The position numbers and the translations under genes are program-made. Below are positions 7,346 through 16,418 of a stretch of 30,068 nt of DNA, piece by piece; positions within the stretch are counted from its first letter, which is position 1; every line of letters begins with the position of its first letter. The DNA comes from a virus. Its lineage: Duplodnaviria; Caudoviricetes. Under the pieces are notes generated by a model. It was not told the origin of the DNA, did no database searches, and saw only the letters and a list, made by a program, of their open reading frames with translations. The stretch spans positions 1 through 30,068 of the IMG/VR virus record IMGVR_UViG_3300017785_008782. One strand, given 5' to 3'.

Positions 7346-8938
7346 TTATGGATTAACATCGCCAACCTCCCAATCATATAGGGTTTTTCCACCTTGAAAA
7401 AATCCACCTATTTCATTGTTTTCAAATCTTAAAGCCACAAGACGACCTTGACTTGCTGTATCAACGTAACGGGTGTTTCTATCAAAAGTGTAGGGACCAT
7501 CAACTAAAATATTGCCATTGTAATAATCAGCGGCCCACATCATGTTCAAAATAGAAAACTGCATGCTTCCAATAAGAGAAATATCTGGCTCTAGGCGGCG
7601 ACTGCGCGTTAGGCGATTTTGCCCTCCTTGATTAGAAAATATGTCCATAATGTGGTGTGTATAGTGACTAGGAATAGAATAAGAATTGTTACCAATGACT
7701 TTGTCATAACCTGTCTCATGCTCCCACAACAAATAATAATCCTGAGGACCACGGCGTGTTTGCAACGTAGTGATTTCTGAATCTGCTAATAAAGGTTTTG
7801 GGAAAAGATTGGTTTGAATACCAGCAGAGCGACCATTACGTGAATCATACCAAAATTTGCCTACAGGATTATAAGCAATAAATGCACCATTTTCAGTACC
7901 GTCCTTAAGGGTAAAATACCATCTAATTTCGTCATATCTTGGAATAACAATACCAAATATTTTATTTCTGTATTGAAGGTTTACATTGTCAAAAAACCAA
8001 TCTCGATTCATTGTGTTTGGTATAGGCTGAACCACACCATCGTACATATAAAATTGATCAATACCTATCCAAAAGTACGTTTGTTTGTAACTAACTACAC
8101 AACTGTTTGAGATGATAGAGATATTGCTTTCAATAATGGTTGAAGCGAACACATAAGTAACCACACCATCAGTAACAACAGGTGTATAAGTAATTCTTCC
8201 AAGATTATTAAGAGACCAAAAAAGACCCGTTGGAACGCTCGCGCCAATAATTGGGGTAATGTAGACAATTTTTGTATTGGCAATTGTGTTTTGAAGGGGT
8301 GCATTAGAAGTATCGTGCCAGGTATTTAGAGAATCAGTTGCGTTTGGGTCAGTCCATTGAATTTTACCGTCATTACCATATGCCACTAAAATGGGAGATA
8401 AGAACGCAATGCCGCCACTACATTGGATTGGTCCTAAGACGGAATCGGTAATTGGAACTAAAGGCGTATCTGTATTAATGGGCCCATAATAAATAGGTCC
8501 TTCGATACTGTTATTAATAGAAGATGCATTAGGGCAAACTTGCGCTAAAATTTGTGAAACGGGATAATCATCGCTTGCACTGGTAAAAAGATCAAAACTC
8601 CAAGAATTTTCTGGGTTTGCCACAAATGTCGTTGGAGTTCTTTCAACTTCATCCACATTTTGAATATCAACGTTATCATCTACGGGTAAACTTATGTAAC
8701 TTAAGCTATTGGCTCTGCCTAGATACACATCCACATTAATATCTCTGGCCACCGCAAACATATTTCTGATAATTTCATTGGTGCCATAATTTACAGCTTT
8801 GTATCCGCCCATTTTTCGAGGTTTATTATTATAAAATCGTGTGTTTTGCCCATCGATAAAATTTTCTGAATCATAAACGGTTCCATCCCTTTGGATGCCG
8901 GGTAAACTTTGAAGAGGAACAACTTGATAGTTATTCAT
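7346..8938 (-). CDS. Tail nozzle / DNA stabilisation protein (functional analogue of P22 gp10 / T7 gp12)
   Basis: 530 aa, beta-propeller-like composition (FWIGIDQFYMYDGVVQPIP, YDEIRWYF), N-terminal PGIQRDGT...RKMGGY; lies between the fibre genes and the ejection genes. Confidence 0.7.
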   Translation of the reverse strand: MNNYQVVPLQSLPGIQRDGTVYDSENFIDGQNTRFYNNKPRKMGGYKAVNYGTNEIIRNMFAVARDINVDVYLGRANSLSYISLPVDDNVDIQNVDEVERTPTTFVANPENSWSFDLFTSASDDYPVSQILAQVCPNASSINNSIEGPIYYGPINTDTPLVPITDSVLGPIQCSGGIAFLSPILVAYGNDGKIQWTDPNATDSLNTWHDTSNAPLQNTIANTKIVYITPIIGASVPTGLFWSLNNLGRITYTPVVTDGVVTYVFASTIIESNISIISNSCVVSYKQTYFWIGIDQFYMYDGVVQPIPNTMNRDWFFDNVNLQYRNKIFGIVIPRYDEIRWYFTLKDGTENGAFIAYNPVGKFWYDSRNGRSAGIQTNLFPKPLLADSEITTLQTRRGPQDYYLLWEHETGYDKVIGNNSYSIPSHYTHHIMDIFSNQGGQNRLTRSRRLEPDISLIGSMQFSILNMMWAADYYNGNILVDGPYTFDRNTRYVDTASQGRLVALRFENNEIGGFFQGGKTLYDWEVGDVNP

Positions 8939-8941
8939 AAT

Positions 8942-11494
8942 CTAAGCCCACGTTGGAAGGCCGGCAGCAAGGGTTAAAACTTGTCCATCTGTGCCAACAG
9001 GAAGTGTTACCCAAGCCCCTGCATTATAATAAAGAATATCTCCGTTTGCAGGCGTTGCTGTTCTTTGCCATGCGGTGCCATCGTAGTAAAGAATACTGCC
9101 TGCAAGAGGAGTGGTTATTGATACCCAGTTTGTGCCGTTGAAATAAAGCAAATCACCGGCGGCTGCCGCAGCGGTATTTTGCCATGCCGTACCGTTGTAA
9201 TAAGTCATGCTGCTTGCGACAGGGGTAGCTGATGTTTGCCAAAGAGTACCATCATAGTATGCAAGACCACCTGCGTTAGCGGCTGCTGTATTTACCCAGT
9301 TTGTGCCGTTGAAATACGCAAAACTTCCAGCATTAGGAGCTCCTGTAAAAGTCCAATCTGTGCCATTGTAATAAGATAGTGCATTAGCACCAGGCGCTGC
9401 TGTAGCAGCCCACCCAGCGGGCTTATAATAGAGAAAACTTCCATTATTGGGATTAGGAGTCAGTATCCAATCTGTTCCATTATACGCGATCATGTTTCCA
9501 TCAGCAGCTGGGTTAGGTAATAATGCGTTTAAAGTGAGTCCACGTGGGTCAAATACTACCGTTCCATCATTGTTAATTTGGATATGATGAACTCCATTAA
9601 CACCTATTCGACCGTAAGTAGGGTAAGCTTCAAAAAAAAGATTGTTTCCGTTGGCTGGGCTATAGATTGACAGTAAAGTTCTTGTTGTGGCGCCTGCGTT
9701 GGTTAACCGCATTCTGGCAGTTGTGGCGCCGGCATCTGCGGTATAGTACAAACTAACACCTGCATTTCCTGAATCTTCAACGTCTGATTGCCCAAGAATT
9801 GCATATTTTGTAGGGTCAGAATTGTTAAAAAACTTTAAAAGGCTAGTGGTAGCCGTTGCACCAAAAAACTGGAAAGTAGATGGAAAAGTGCTAGTAGTAA
9901 CAAGCGAACACCCATTAGCTGTTGCAGAAAAAGTATTTGCATAGGTGCCTCCTTGGGTTTCCAACACCATAGAAGCAGTGTTTGTGCCTGGTATTAGATT
10001 AAAATTACACGTCAAGCCACCTAAAATAGGACTTAAGACTGCGCCTAAGTTTGTCATGCCAACATCTAATTCATTTCCTTCCGGAGTTATCAAATAAAGC
10101 GCCGTACTTGTGGTTCCATTAGTAGCTAAAGCAGCTATTTCAGTTGTGCTATAAAAACTTAAGTAGGTGCCATCTGCTCCAAGACCCATATTTGGATAAT
10201 TTATAAAGCTATAAGATGGGTATGTTGTATCGCCAGCATTAATCAACAAAGAAGGTTGAGTAGCGGTTGTTCCAGAAAACGTGGCTATCTCCACTCCATG
10301 TGAAGCAACCGTTGGGTTGTAAGTGGAGGGCAAGAACAATCCTGAGCTTGAGTCTGATTGAAAAGCTAAAGAAGGGTTGTTAACAGTTCCATCTTCTAAA
10401 AGTAGCGTTGCAATGTCGTAACTTGTAGGCACCACAAACAACCGCACTTCACTAACCAGCGGATCATTTGCTAAATAAGCAATGATTTTGGTGCCCATTG
10501 GTACTTCTATGGGGCTACCTATAGGAACTGCTGGAGATCCAGCGCTTATATAGATTTTTGAGCCATTAAGGGTGGAGCAAAAGTTAGCGATATACCAATT
10601 GCCGTCGGTATTTCCATAATAAATCGTTATATCCCCAGATATAGTAGAGGCTGAGAAGAATTGATGAATAAAGTTGTTTAACTGGTTGGCACTTAGGGTG
10701 ACTTCTCCCCCTGTTGCTTGAGCGTTTAAAGAAATGTTTACAACACTATCAATAAAAGATGTGCTTGATCCAAGGCCTAAACTCCACCATTTTGTTGTAT
10801 CAGTTTCATCATTGATTAAAGTAACGCTCTGCGTTGTTGCTAAAGAAAAATTCGTGATGTTATTAACGGTACCTACAAAATTAACATTGCCTGTCCCTAT
10901 ATTGTTAAAAGAAACTGTAAAACCACCTCTAAACTGATCAAGAGTAATAGTGCGTTCAGCAGCACTATTAATAATGAAAATTTTAGATTGATCATCTTCG
11001 GTAATAGCATAATCGGTCGTAATGATTTCAGGAGGAATTACGGTGTCTAATTTTGCAGCTACTGCTTCTAATCCATGACCAGCTAATGCAGCAGCGGTTG
11101 CCTGTGAAGTGCCTGCACCCTGCTCTATTATGGCCCATTCACCGCCTGTATCATTGGCATATGCAATTAATTGAAACCACCAGGTAGTGCCCGCATCAAT
11201 TGTTTGTAATAGATTTGCGTCGTTATCAAAAACACTAAAAGTTTCAGTAGATGCATCAACATTTCGTATGTAGATATTCATGCCCAAACTAACTTCATTA
11301 GCGTTGGGTAAGCTAATGTTGCAATTTGCAGCTGTTACGGTAAAATTATTCGCGGCCGCACAAATTTCTTCAGCTGTTGTATAAGGGGTTGGCCAAAACA
11401 AATCAATATGTTGATCTTCGGTATCTAGCGTATAACTTGCTGAACTTACGTAAGCTGTTTGAACGGCTCCATAATTAATCGATTGAACGGTCAT
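8942..11494 (-). CDS. Long tail fibre / receptor-binding protein (850 aa)
   Basis: T/A/G/N-rich beta protein with GTVNNPSLAFQSDSSSGLF fibre motif and C-terminal 19-aa YYNGTxW repeats. Confidence 0.75.
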   Translation of the reverse strand: MTVQSINYGAVQTAYVSSASYTLDTEDQHIDLFWPTPYTTAEEICAAANNFTVTAANCNISLPNANEVSLGMNIYIRNVDASTETFSVFDNDANLLQTIDAGTTWWFQLIAYANDTGGEWAIIEQGAGTSQATAAALAGHGLEAVAAKLDTVIPPEIITTDYAITEDDQSKIFIINSAAERTITLDQFRGGFTVSFNNIGTGNVNFVGTVNNITNFSLATTQSVTLINDETDTTKWWSLGLGSSTSFIDSVVNISLNAQATGGEVTLSANQLNNFIHQFFSASTISGDITIYYGNTDGNWYIANFCSTLNGSKIYISAGSPAVPIGSPIEVPMGTKIIAYLANDPLVSEVRLFVVPTSYDIATLLLEDGTVNNPSLAFQSDSSSGLFLPSTYNPTVASHGVEIATFSGTTATQPSLLINAGDTTYPSYSFINYPNMGLGADGTYLSFYSTTEIAALATNGTTSTALYLITPEGNELDVGMTNLGAVLSPILGGLTCNFNLIPGTNTASMVLETQGGTYANTFSATANGCSLVTTSTFPSTFQFFGATATTSLLKFFNNSDPTKYAILGQSDVEDSGNAGVSLYYTADAGATTARMRLTNAGATTRTLLSIYSPANGNNLFFEAYPTYGRIGVNGVHHIQINNDGTVVFDPRGLTLNALLPNPAADGNMIAYNGTDWILTPNPNNGSFLYYKPAGWAATAAPGANALSYYNGTDWTFTGAPNAGSFAYFNGTNWVNTAAANAGGLAYYDGTLWQTSATPVASSMTYYNGTAWQNTAAAAAGDLLYFNGTNWVSITTPLAGSILYYDGTAWQRTATPANGDILYYNAGAWVTLPVGTDGQVLTLAAGLPTWA
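8945..9510 (-). repeat. About nine 19-aa repeats GxxxYYNGTxWxxTxxP at the fibre C-terminus
   Basis: Examples: NAGSFAYFNGTNWVNTAAA, AAGDLLYFNGTNWVSITTP, LAGSILYYDGTAWQRTATP. Confidence 0.9.
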
Positions 11495-11502
11495 AAAACT
11501 CC

Positions 11503-12129
11503 TTAATGATTATTAGTAGTAAAGCCCACATAAATACGCTCTTTATCTTCGTTGCTTACTTCTTGCATTGCTGTTTGGTAATATTCTTTCCAAACCCCTA
11601 TACGTTCATCGTCTTTTAAATAAGACGCCGTCTCAAATAAACACGCATAAGTAAGCACTTGTGGAATGGTTGCCGTTAAAATGTTGGTACCTGTGGTTTC
11701 ATCTAAAAGAGGAGGAATTGCATAATAGGCAAATTCATAAGGATAATTCTGATCAGGCGTTGGCACGATTTTGATAGAATTAAAATCGTAGTCAGCAAAA
11801 TACTTAGGCTCTCCCACTTCATTTGAGTTGGGCCAATACATATCGCAGTACTCATTTGTGCGAAACTGAAGAATAACTTTGCCGGTATCGGTTAAAATAT
11901 TGAAATAATTGCTTTGCAGCCAATTCCCAGGTTTTGAAAACACCTCAACACCAGCCGTTAACTCACCTGTTACAAACTGTTTAATGTTGAGGATTTTAAG
12001 GTCTTTACAAACCCGTTGCTGACCAAAAAGAATGAATAAAGGAATACTACTGATAAAACGCGCATCCTGCCGTTCTACGTACTTTTTTATTTCATCGGTT
12101 AGGGTTTCGTAGGTGAGAACAAAGGCCAT
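11503..12129 (-). CDS. Head-tail adaptor-like protein (208 aa)
   Basis: LTYETLTDEIKKYVER...IPLFI N-terminal helix, GEPKYFA, PTPDQNYPYEFAYY, LTYACLFET: pattern of podoviral adaptor proteins; gene order agrees. Confidence 0.65.
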   Translation of the reverse strand: MAFVLTYETLTDEIKKYVERQDARFISSIPLFILFGQQRVCKDLKILNIKQFVTGELTAGVEVFSKPGNWLQSNYFNILTDTGKVILQFRTNEYCDMYWPNSNEVGEPKYFADYDFNSIKIVPTPDQNYPYEFAYYAIPPLLDETTGTNILTATIPQVLTYACLFETASYLKDDERIGVWKEYYQTAMQEVSNEDKERIYVGFTTNNH

Positions 12130-12138
12130 CTTCGTTCT

Positions 12139-13764
12139 CTAAATTAAATAATAAGTTACATATAAAACGCCAAAACCTCTGGGAGTGGTGGCAGGATCAT
12201 TTGCGCCACTGTTCTGACATCGTTGTCCGCATCCAAATCCTCCATCTGTAAATGGTCTTCCCTTAGGAGATCCGGCTGTAGTTGCAATACCATTGTAAGA
12301 ATCAAAAGACCCTTGACTACCAGCACTACCAGCACTTCCAGATAAAGTAGCCCAGACTCCATAAGTACTATCCACAACGGAAGGAGTGCCATTAATAGTT
12401 CCTCCGGATCCTCCGGAACTACCTGAAGCATCTCCACCTTGGTTTCCATTGTAAACTTTACATAAAATTGCACTGTCTACGGTTATTTGAGCGTAACCTG
12501 TTCCAGCTGCGGTATTTAGGCTAAATACTAATTGTTTTCCTGCAATTAAAGGAATTTTATTGCAAGATGCACTATTCCCTCCTGAACCAGACCCGCCGCC
12601 ATAGTAATTACCTCCATTTATATCCTGGTTTGAGCCTGCCGTTCCGCCTGCTCCAATAATAAGAATATCGATAGCTACACAATTTGTTGGTAGCGTTATC
12701 GTTTGTGCGGTTGTGTATTGAATTGTGTATGTGGTTATCCCAGATGATCCAGTATAAGCAGTAGTTTGGGTTGTTCCATCTGGGAACCTTAATGTCCCAG
12801 GAAGTCTAAAATCAGATGGAAGGCTAAGCGTTGTTGTTCCATTATTTGTGCCATCAAATATCGTGCTGGCTGTAATTTGATTTGCGGTTCCATTAATTAT
12901 AGTGATAGCACTTCCGCTAGCGCAGGCAGTCATTCTTCCAAATCCATCTACAGTAGTAGTGGAATGCCAATAAGTACCTGCCGTAACACCAGTTGCTGGC
13001 ATTTGAACATTAATGTTTCCAGATGTGGTAACAGGAGACCCACTTACAGTTAAAGAGCCGTTTGTAGAGCTTAAACCAACAGAGGTAACCGTACCATTTC
13101 CACCACTTCCACTAGATGCTCCTATGACCCGACCATAATCATCAAGAGTAAGCTGAGGATTCATGTAGGTTCCAGCCACTCCAAAAGCTGGAAGATTTAC
13201 ATCTATTACGCCTGAAGAAGTAACAGGATTAGTGCCGCCAATTGTTAATGTGCTTGCCGAAGACTCTAGGCCAACTGAAGTAACTGTACCTTCACCGGCT
13301 GCTCCTACAGCAACTCCATAATTTACAACAAGACGATTGTTTCCGGCATCTGCAGTGACCGAACAACTTGCAGCACCTGAGCCTGTAAAATGAAGCTCTG
13401 GATATGCACCAACTGAGCCGCCTCCGTTAGCGCTTCCTTTTACTAATTGAACGGTACGTTGTGCAAGAACCCCAAGGGTCGGAGGTCCGTCTAAACCATC
13501 CTGATTATTGATATAAAGGGTTCCATCTGTTTGAAGAGAAGTCGTTGTAAAAGTGGTGGTAAGAGCATTGTAAACAGCAATTCCAGAACTATTTAACTGA
13601 ACAATTGAATCCAATCCTAAAGATGGAGAAATCAATACATTTCCAGATGCTCCTCCTGATTGAATCTCTAATCCAGGTGTAGCCGTTAAAACTTGCCCAT
13701 TTGGCAAATCTATAGGTTCACTAGCTAATAATACATACGAAGAAGTAGACGGAGCGTTTGCCAT
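12139..13764 (-). CDS. Fibre/spike protein (541 aa) with glycine-rich C-terminal domain
   Basis: Two GTVTSVGL...AGTY...DxxGR repeats; C-terminal ITLPTNCVAIDILIIGAGG...GGGSGSGG domain; N-terminus paralogous to the 336-aa gene. Confidence 0.7.
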   Translation of the reverse strand: MANAPSTSSYVLLASEPIDLPNGQVLTATPGLEIQSGGASGNVLISPSLGLDSIVQLNSSGIAVYNALTTTFTTTSLQTDGTLYINNQDGLDGPPTLGVLAQRTVQLVKGSANGGGSVGAYPELHFTGSGAASCSVTADAGNNRLVVNYGVAVGAAGEGTVTSVGLESSASTLTIGGTNPVTSSGVIDVNLPAFGVAGTYMNPQLTLDDYGRVIGASSGSGGNGTVTSVGLSSTNGSLTVSGSPVTTSGNINVQMPATGVTAGTYWHSTTTVDGFGRMTACASGSAITIINGTANQITASTIFDGTNNGTTTLSLPSDFRLPGTLRFPDGTTQTTAYTGSSGITTYTIQYTTAQTITLPTNCVAIDILIIGAGGTAGSNQDINGGNYYGGGSGSGGNSASCNKIPLIAGKQLVFSLNTAAGTGYAQITVDSAILCKVYNGNQGGDASGSSGGSGGTINGTPSVVDSTYGVWATLSGSAGSAGSQGSFDSYNGIATTAGSPKGRPFTDGGFGCGQRCQNSGANDPATTPRGFGVLYVTYYLI

Positions 13765-13835
13765 TTTAACAAAATAAAAAAACCATATATACTATAATAA
13801 ATGATTTTTTATACTTAGTCTTTATTTACGTATAC

Positions 13836-14168
13836 TTAATAACCCTCAATAATGAGAATTCCATTATCGCTAGAACCAGTTCCGGTTATAGTAGCGCCAG
13901 TTTCACTTAATACGGTGACTGCCGTAACGGGCGCTCCTGTAGTAGAGCCGGGCGTTAAAATAACAGGTTCTGCCTCAAATGCTACAGGAAACGTAAAAGA
14001 AGCATTCCCCATTAGATCTATTAATTGGATCATGACTTTTTTATAGCCACTTCCCTGGCAGGGCATAATCCACTCAATGGTTCCGCTTATACCGCCATTA
14101 ACGGTTGTTCTAGGTGCACTTGTGTTTAGTGCTTGAGCAAATTGTTGAGTATTTCCAAAAACTGACAT
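13836..14168 (-). CDS. Small beta-rich virion protein (110 aa; fibre-tip-like)
   Basis: FTFPVAFEAEPVI motif typical of small fibre C-terminal domains; N-terminus resembles that of the 170-aa gene. Confidence 0.55.
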   Translation of the reverse strand: MSVFGNTQQFAQALNTSAPRTTVNGGISGTIEWIMPCQGSGYKKVMIQLIDLMGNASFTFPVAFEAEPVILTPGSTTGAPVTAVTVLSETGATITGTGSSDNGILIIEGY

Positions 14169-14205
14169 GATTAACTTTCCCTTGACAGCAAATTTTTTGT
14201 GCGTT

Positions 14206-14242
14206 ACAAGAAAAAGACCTTCGTAGGGTGACTTTTTCTTGT
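14206..14242 (-). terminator. Hairpin, possible second terminator
   Basis: ACAAGAAAAAG (14206-14216) pairs with CTTTTTCTTGT (14232-14242), enclosing an imperfect inner ACCT/AGGGT stem. Confidence 0.5.
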
Positions 14243-14254
14243 TTAGTTAGTGAG

Positions 14255-14303
14255 AAAAAACGTAAGGGATTTCGTAAGGCAAGCAGAAATCCCTTATTTT
14301 TTT
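14255..14303. terminator. Intrinsic (possibly bidirectional) terminator
   Basis: TAAGGGATTTC (14263-14273) pairs with GAAATCCCTTA (14286-14296); A6 on the left and T7 on the right; directly after the stop of the 170-aa gene. Confidence 0.75.
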
Positions 14304-14814
14304 AAGCCTGAACAACCGTAAAGTAACGATCTGTCCAGTTATACGTAGTCGCCGCTAATCCAGTTACTTGAACTAGTGCGTTTGTTCCACTTACAGTGAT
14401 ATCGAAAGTACCTGTGGTGCTTGCGTTAACAATTGGAAGTGATGTGCCAACAATTGTTAATGTGCCTGAATCGTTTCTAACAGTTGCCTGTACAGAACCA
14501 CCAGTTACATCAGAAAAATCTGCACTTGCGCCAGTAATATATGCGCTGATATTAACCGCGCTATCGCTAGCTATAGCAATTGTAGAAATTGTTGTAGGTG
14601 TTGCATCTGTTGTCTGCACTGTATCGCTTGGTTCAGAACCACCGTAGTTTGCATCACCATATGCTTTTGTGACAACGTCCTGAGCCGCTACTGGATCTGC
14701 TACGTTTGAAAGAATAGTTGCACCACCATTGAAAGAGCCAGCTCCTCCAAGAGTAACGGCTCCATTTAGTGTTAAACCGTCGGCAAAAGTTTGGTTATTT
14801 TTAATTACTGACAT
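14302..14814 (-). CDS. Short fibre/decoration protein (170 aa)
   Basis: NVADPVAAQDVVTKAYGD trimeric-fibre neck motif; C-terminal TTDATP...QVTGLAATT.W domain shared with the 336-aa gene. Confidence 0.65.
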   Translation of the reverse strand: MSVIKNNQTFADGLTLNGAVTLGGAGSFNGGATILSNVADPVAAQDVVTKAYGDANYGGSEPSDTVQTTDATPTTISTIAIASDSAVNISAYITGASADFSDVTGGSVQATVRNDSGTLTIVGTSLPIVNASTTGTFDITVSGTNALVQVTGLAATTYNWTDRYFTVVQA

Positions 14815-14826
14815 TTTATTTTCTCC

Positions 14827-15837
14827 TTAAATTTGATGACCTGCTGTTGCTAATGAGTAATAACCCACCCATTGAATGGTTGTTGCGGCAAGTCCAGTCA
14901 CTTGAATTTCGACATCAGTGCCGTTTATGACGACATCAAGGTCTAAACCCGAATCTGTCTCCCCTCCACTAATCCAAGGATCAGTTGTAAAAGAGACAGT
15001 ACCTCCTTGGTTATTGGCAATAACGGTAAAGTTATAACCAATACTTTTTGAAGGGGCGGCTGAACCACCAGAACCTGCTAAAAATCCTGAAATAAACACA
15101 CTTTGATCTGTGGGAATTGCAATTGTCCCCGCAGCCACTGGAGTGGCATCTGTTGTATCAATATCTATCGATACAACCGGTAAACTTGCTCCATCAGCCA
15201 CGGCTGTTAAACGGCCATATGCATCAACTGTAAGGTTGGCACTTGTATAGCTGCCTGCGGTTACACCAGTTGCTGGAAGATCAGCTTGAATGTTTCCGCT
15301 TGTTGTAATGGGTGTGTTGGCAATTGTTAGGGTGCTATTAGGTGAAACAAGTCCAACTGATGTGACGGTACCTGTACCAGCAATAGGGGAGTTATAATTG
15401 ACAAGAATTCGATTGTTTGCAGGATCAGCACTCACAGAACAAGCAGAACCGCCAGTTCCTGTAAAATGAAGCTCTGGATATGCACCAACTGAAGTTCCAG
15501 CATTAGCGCTTGCTTTAATTAATTGTACTGTCGTTTGTGGAACAACCCCAAATAAAGGATCTCCACCAGAACCTACCGGATTGTTAACATAGATAGAGCT
15601 ATCATGTAACAAAACCACAGGCACTAATTGCTTATTGGTGGCATTAAACACCAACAATCCTGATGTGGCTAAATTTTGCAAAGACGACAAAGCGCCCGTT
15701 GATGTAATCGTTGCCGTTCCTCCAGAACCACCAGAGTTTAATTGGATACCGTTTGTTGCGGTTAGGCGCTGACTGTTAGGTAGCGCACTATCTGATGACA
15801 TTAAAAGGTAACTTGAGGTAGAAGGTGCATCAGCCAT
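14827..15837 (-). CDS. Fibre protein (336 aa)
   Basis: GTVTSVGL...LPATGVTAGSY...TVDAYGRLTA repeat; N-terminus paralogous to the 541-aa gene and C-terminus to the 170-aa gene. Confidence 0.7.
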   Translation of the reverse strand: MADAPSTSSYLLMSSDSALPNSQRLTATNGIQLNSGGSGGTATITSTGALSSLQNLATSGLLVFNATNKQLVPVVLLHDSSIYVNNPVGSGGDPLFGVVPQTTVQLIKASANAGTSVGAYPELHFTGTGGSACSVSADPANNRILVNYNSPIAGTGTVTSVGLVSPNSTLTIANTPITTSGNIQADLPATGVTAGSYTSANLTVDAYGRLTAVADGASLPVVSIDIDTTDATPVAAGTIAIPTDQSVFISGFLAGSGGSAAPSKSIGYNFTVIANNQGGTVSFTTDPWISGGETDSGLDLDVVINGTDVEIQVTGLAATTIQWVGYYSLATAGHQI

Positions 15838-15848
15838 AAAAGGTCTCC

Positions 15849-16418
15849 TTAATGATAAACAATGCTTAAATTTAAAAAGTTATTTGCTACTAACGGTCCG
15901 CTTGTTTCATTTTGTTCTAACCTTGGAATATCCAAAGGTTCTGAAACATTTCCCTCAATTTGCATTCCTAAAGAAAACCCACCGGTCGTTCTGTTATTTG
16001 CGTAAAATTCAGTCAAAATATTCGGTATGTATACTATAATACTACCAAGTAAAGACCCAGTAAAACTAATTGTGTCATTATCTAGTTGTTCTTCAGTTAA
16101 AAGAATAGATCCAGACATTCCTTCCAAATCAATAGTGACTGATGTGGATTGCGCGTCATAAACAATAGGGTCTGGACGAGCATGATCTAGAGGAACAGGA
16201 TCCAGCTTAATAATGGGAATTAAGTTTTGAGGATTGGGAACATCTTGATATTTTGGATTAACATAAAAACCAGTCCAGTAAAGCCCCATGCCTGCATATT
16301 CATACTGCTTGACCATTTTGGCATGCTGAACCATTAAACCGCTGTAATCACACACGCCAAGCCCTCTAGGCTTAGAACGCATTTGACGGGTGTATTTTCC
16401 TTTAGCGCCGATTCTCAT
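15849..16418 (-). CDS. Conserved virion morphogenesis protein (189 aa from ATG 16418)
   Basis: ATG overlaps the upstream TGA (ATGA); GVCDYSG...TGFYV...DVPNPQ...ARPD N-terminal motif; lies after the adaptor gene. Confidence 0.6.
   Translation of the reverse strand: MRIGAKGKYTRQMRSKPRGLGVCDYSGLMVQHAKMVKQYEYAGMGLYWTGFYVNPKYQDVPNPQNLIPIIKLDPVPLDHARPDPIVYDAQSTSVTIDLEGMSGSILLTEEQLDNDTISFTGSLLGSIIVYIPNILTEFYANNRTTGGFSLGMQIEGNVSEPLDIPRLEQNETSGPLVANNFLNLSIVYH

Noticed and set aside
13382-15492. Diversity-generating retroelement TR/VR pair
   Set aside because: The repeat is only 35 bp, perfectly identical (no adenine-specific mismatches), mid-gene, and no reverse transcriptase is visible.
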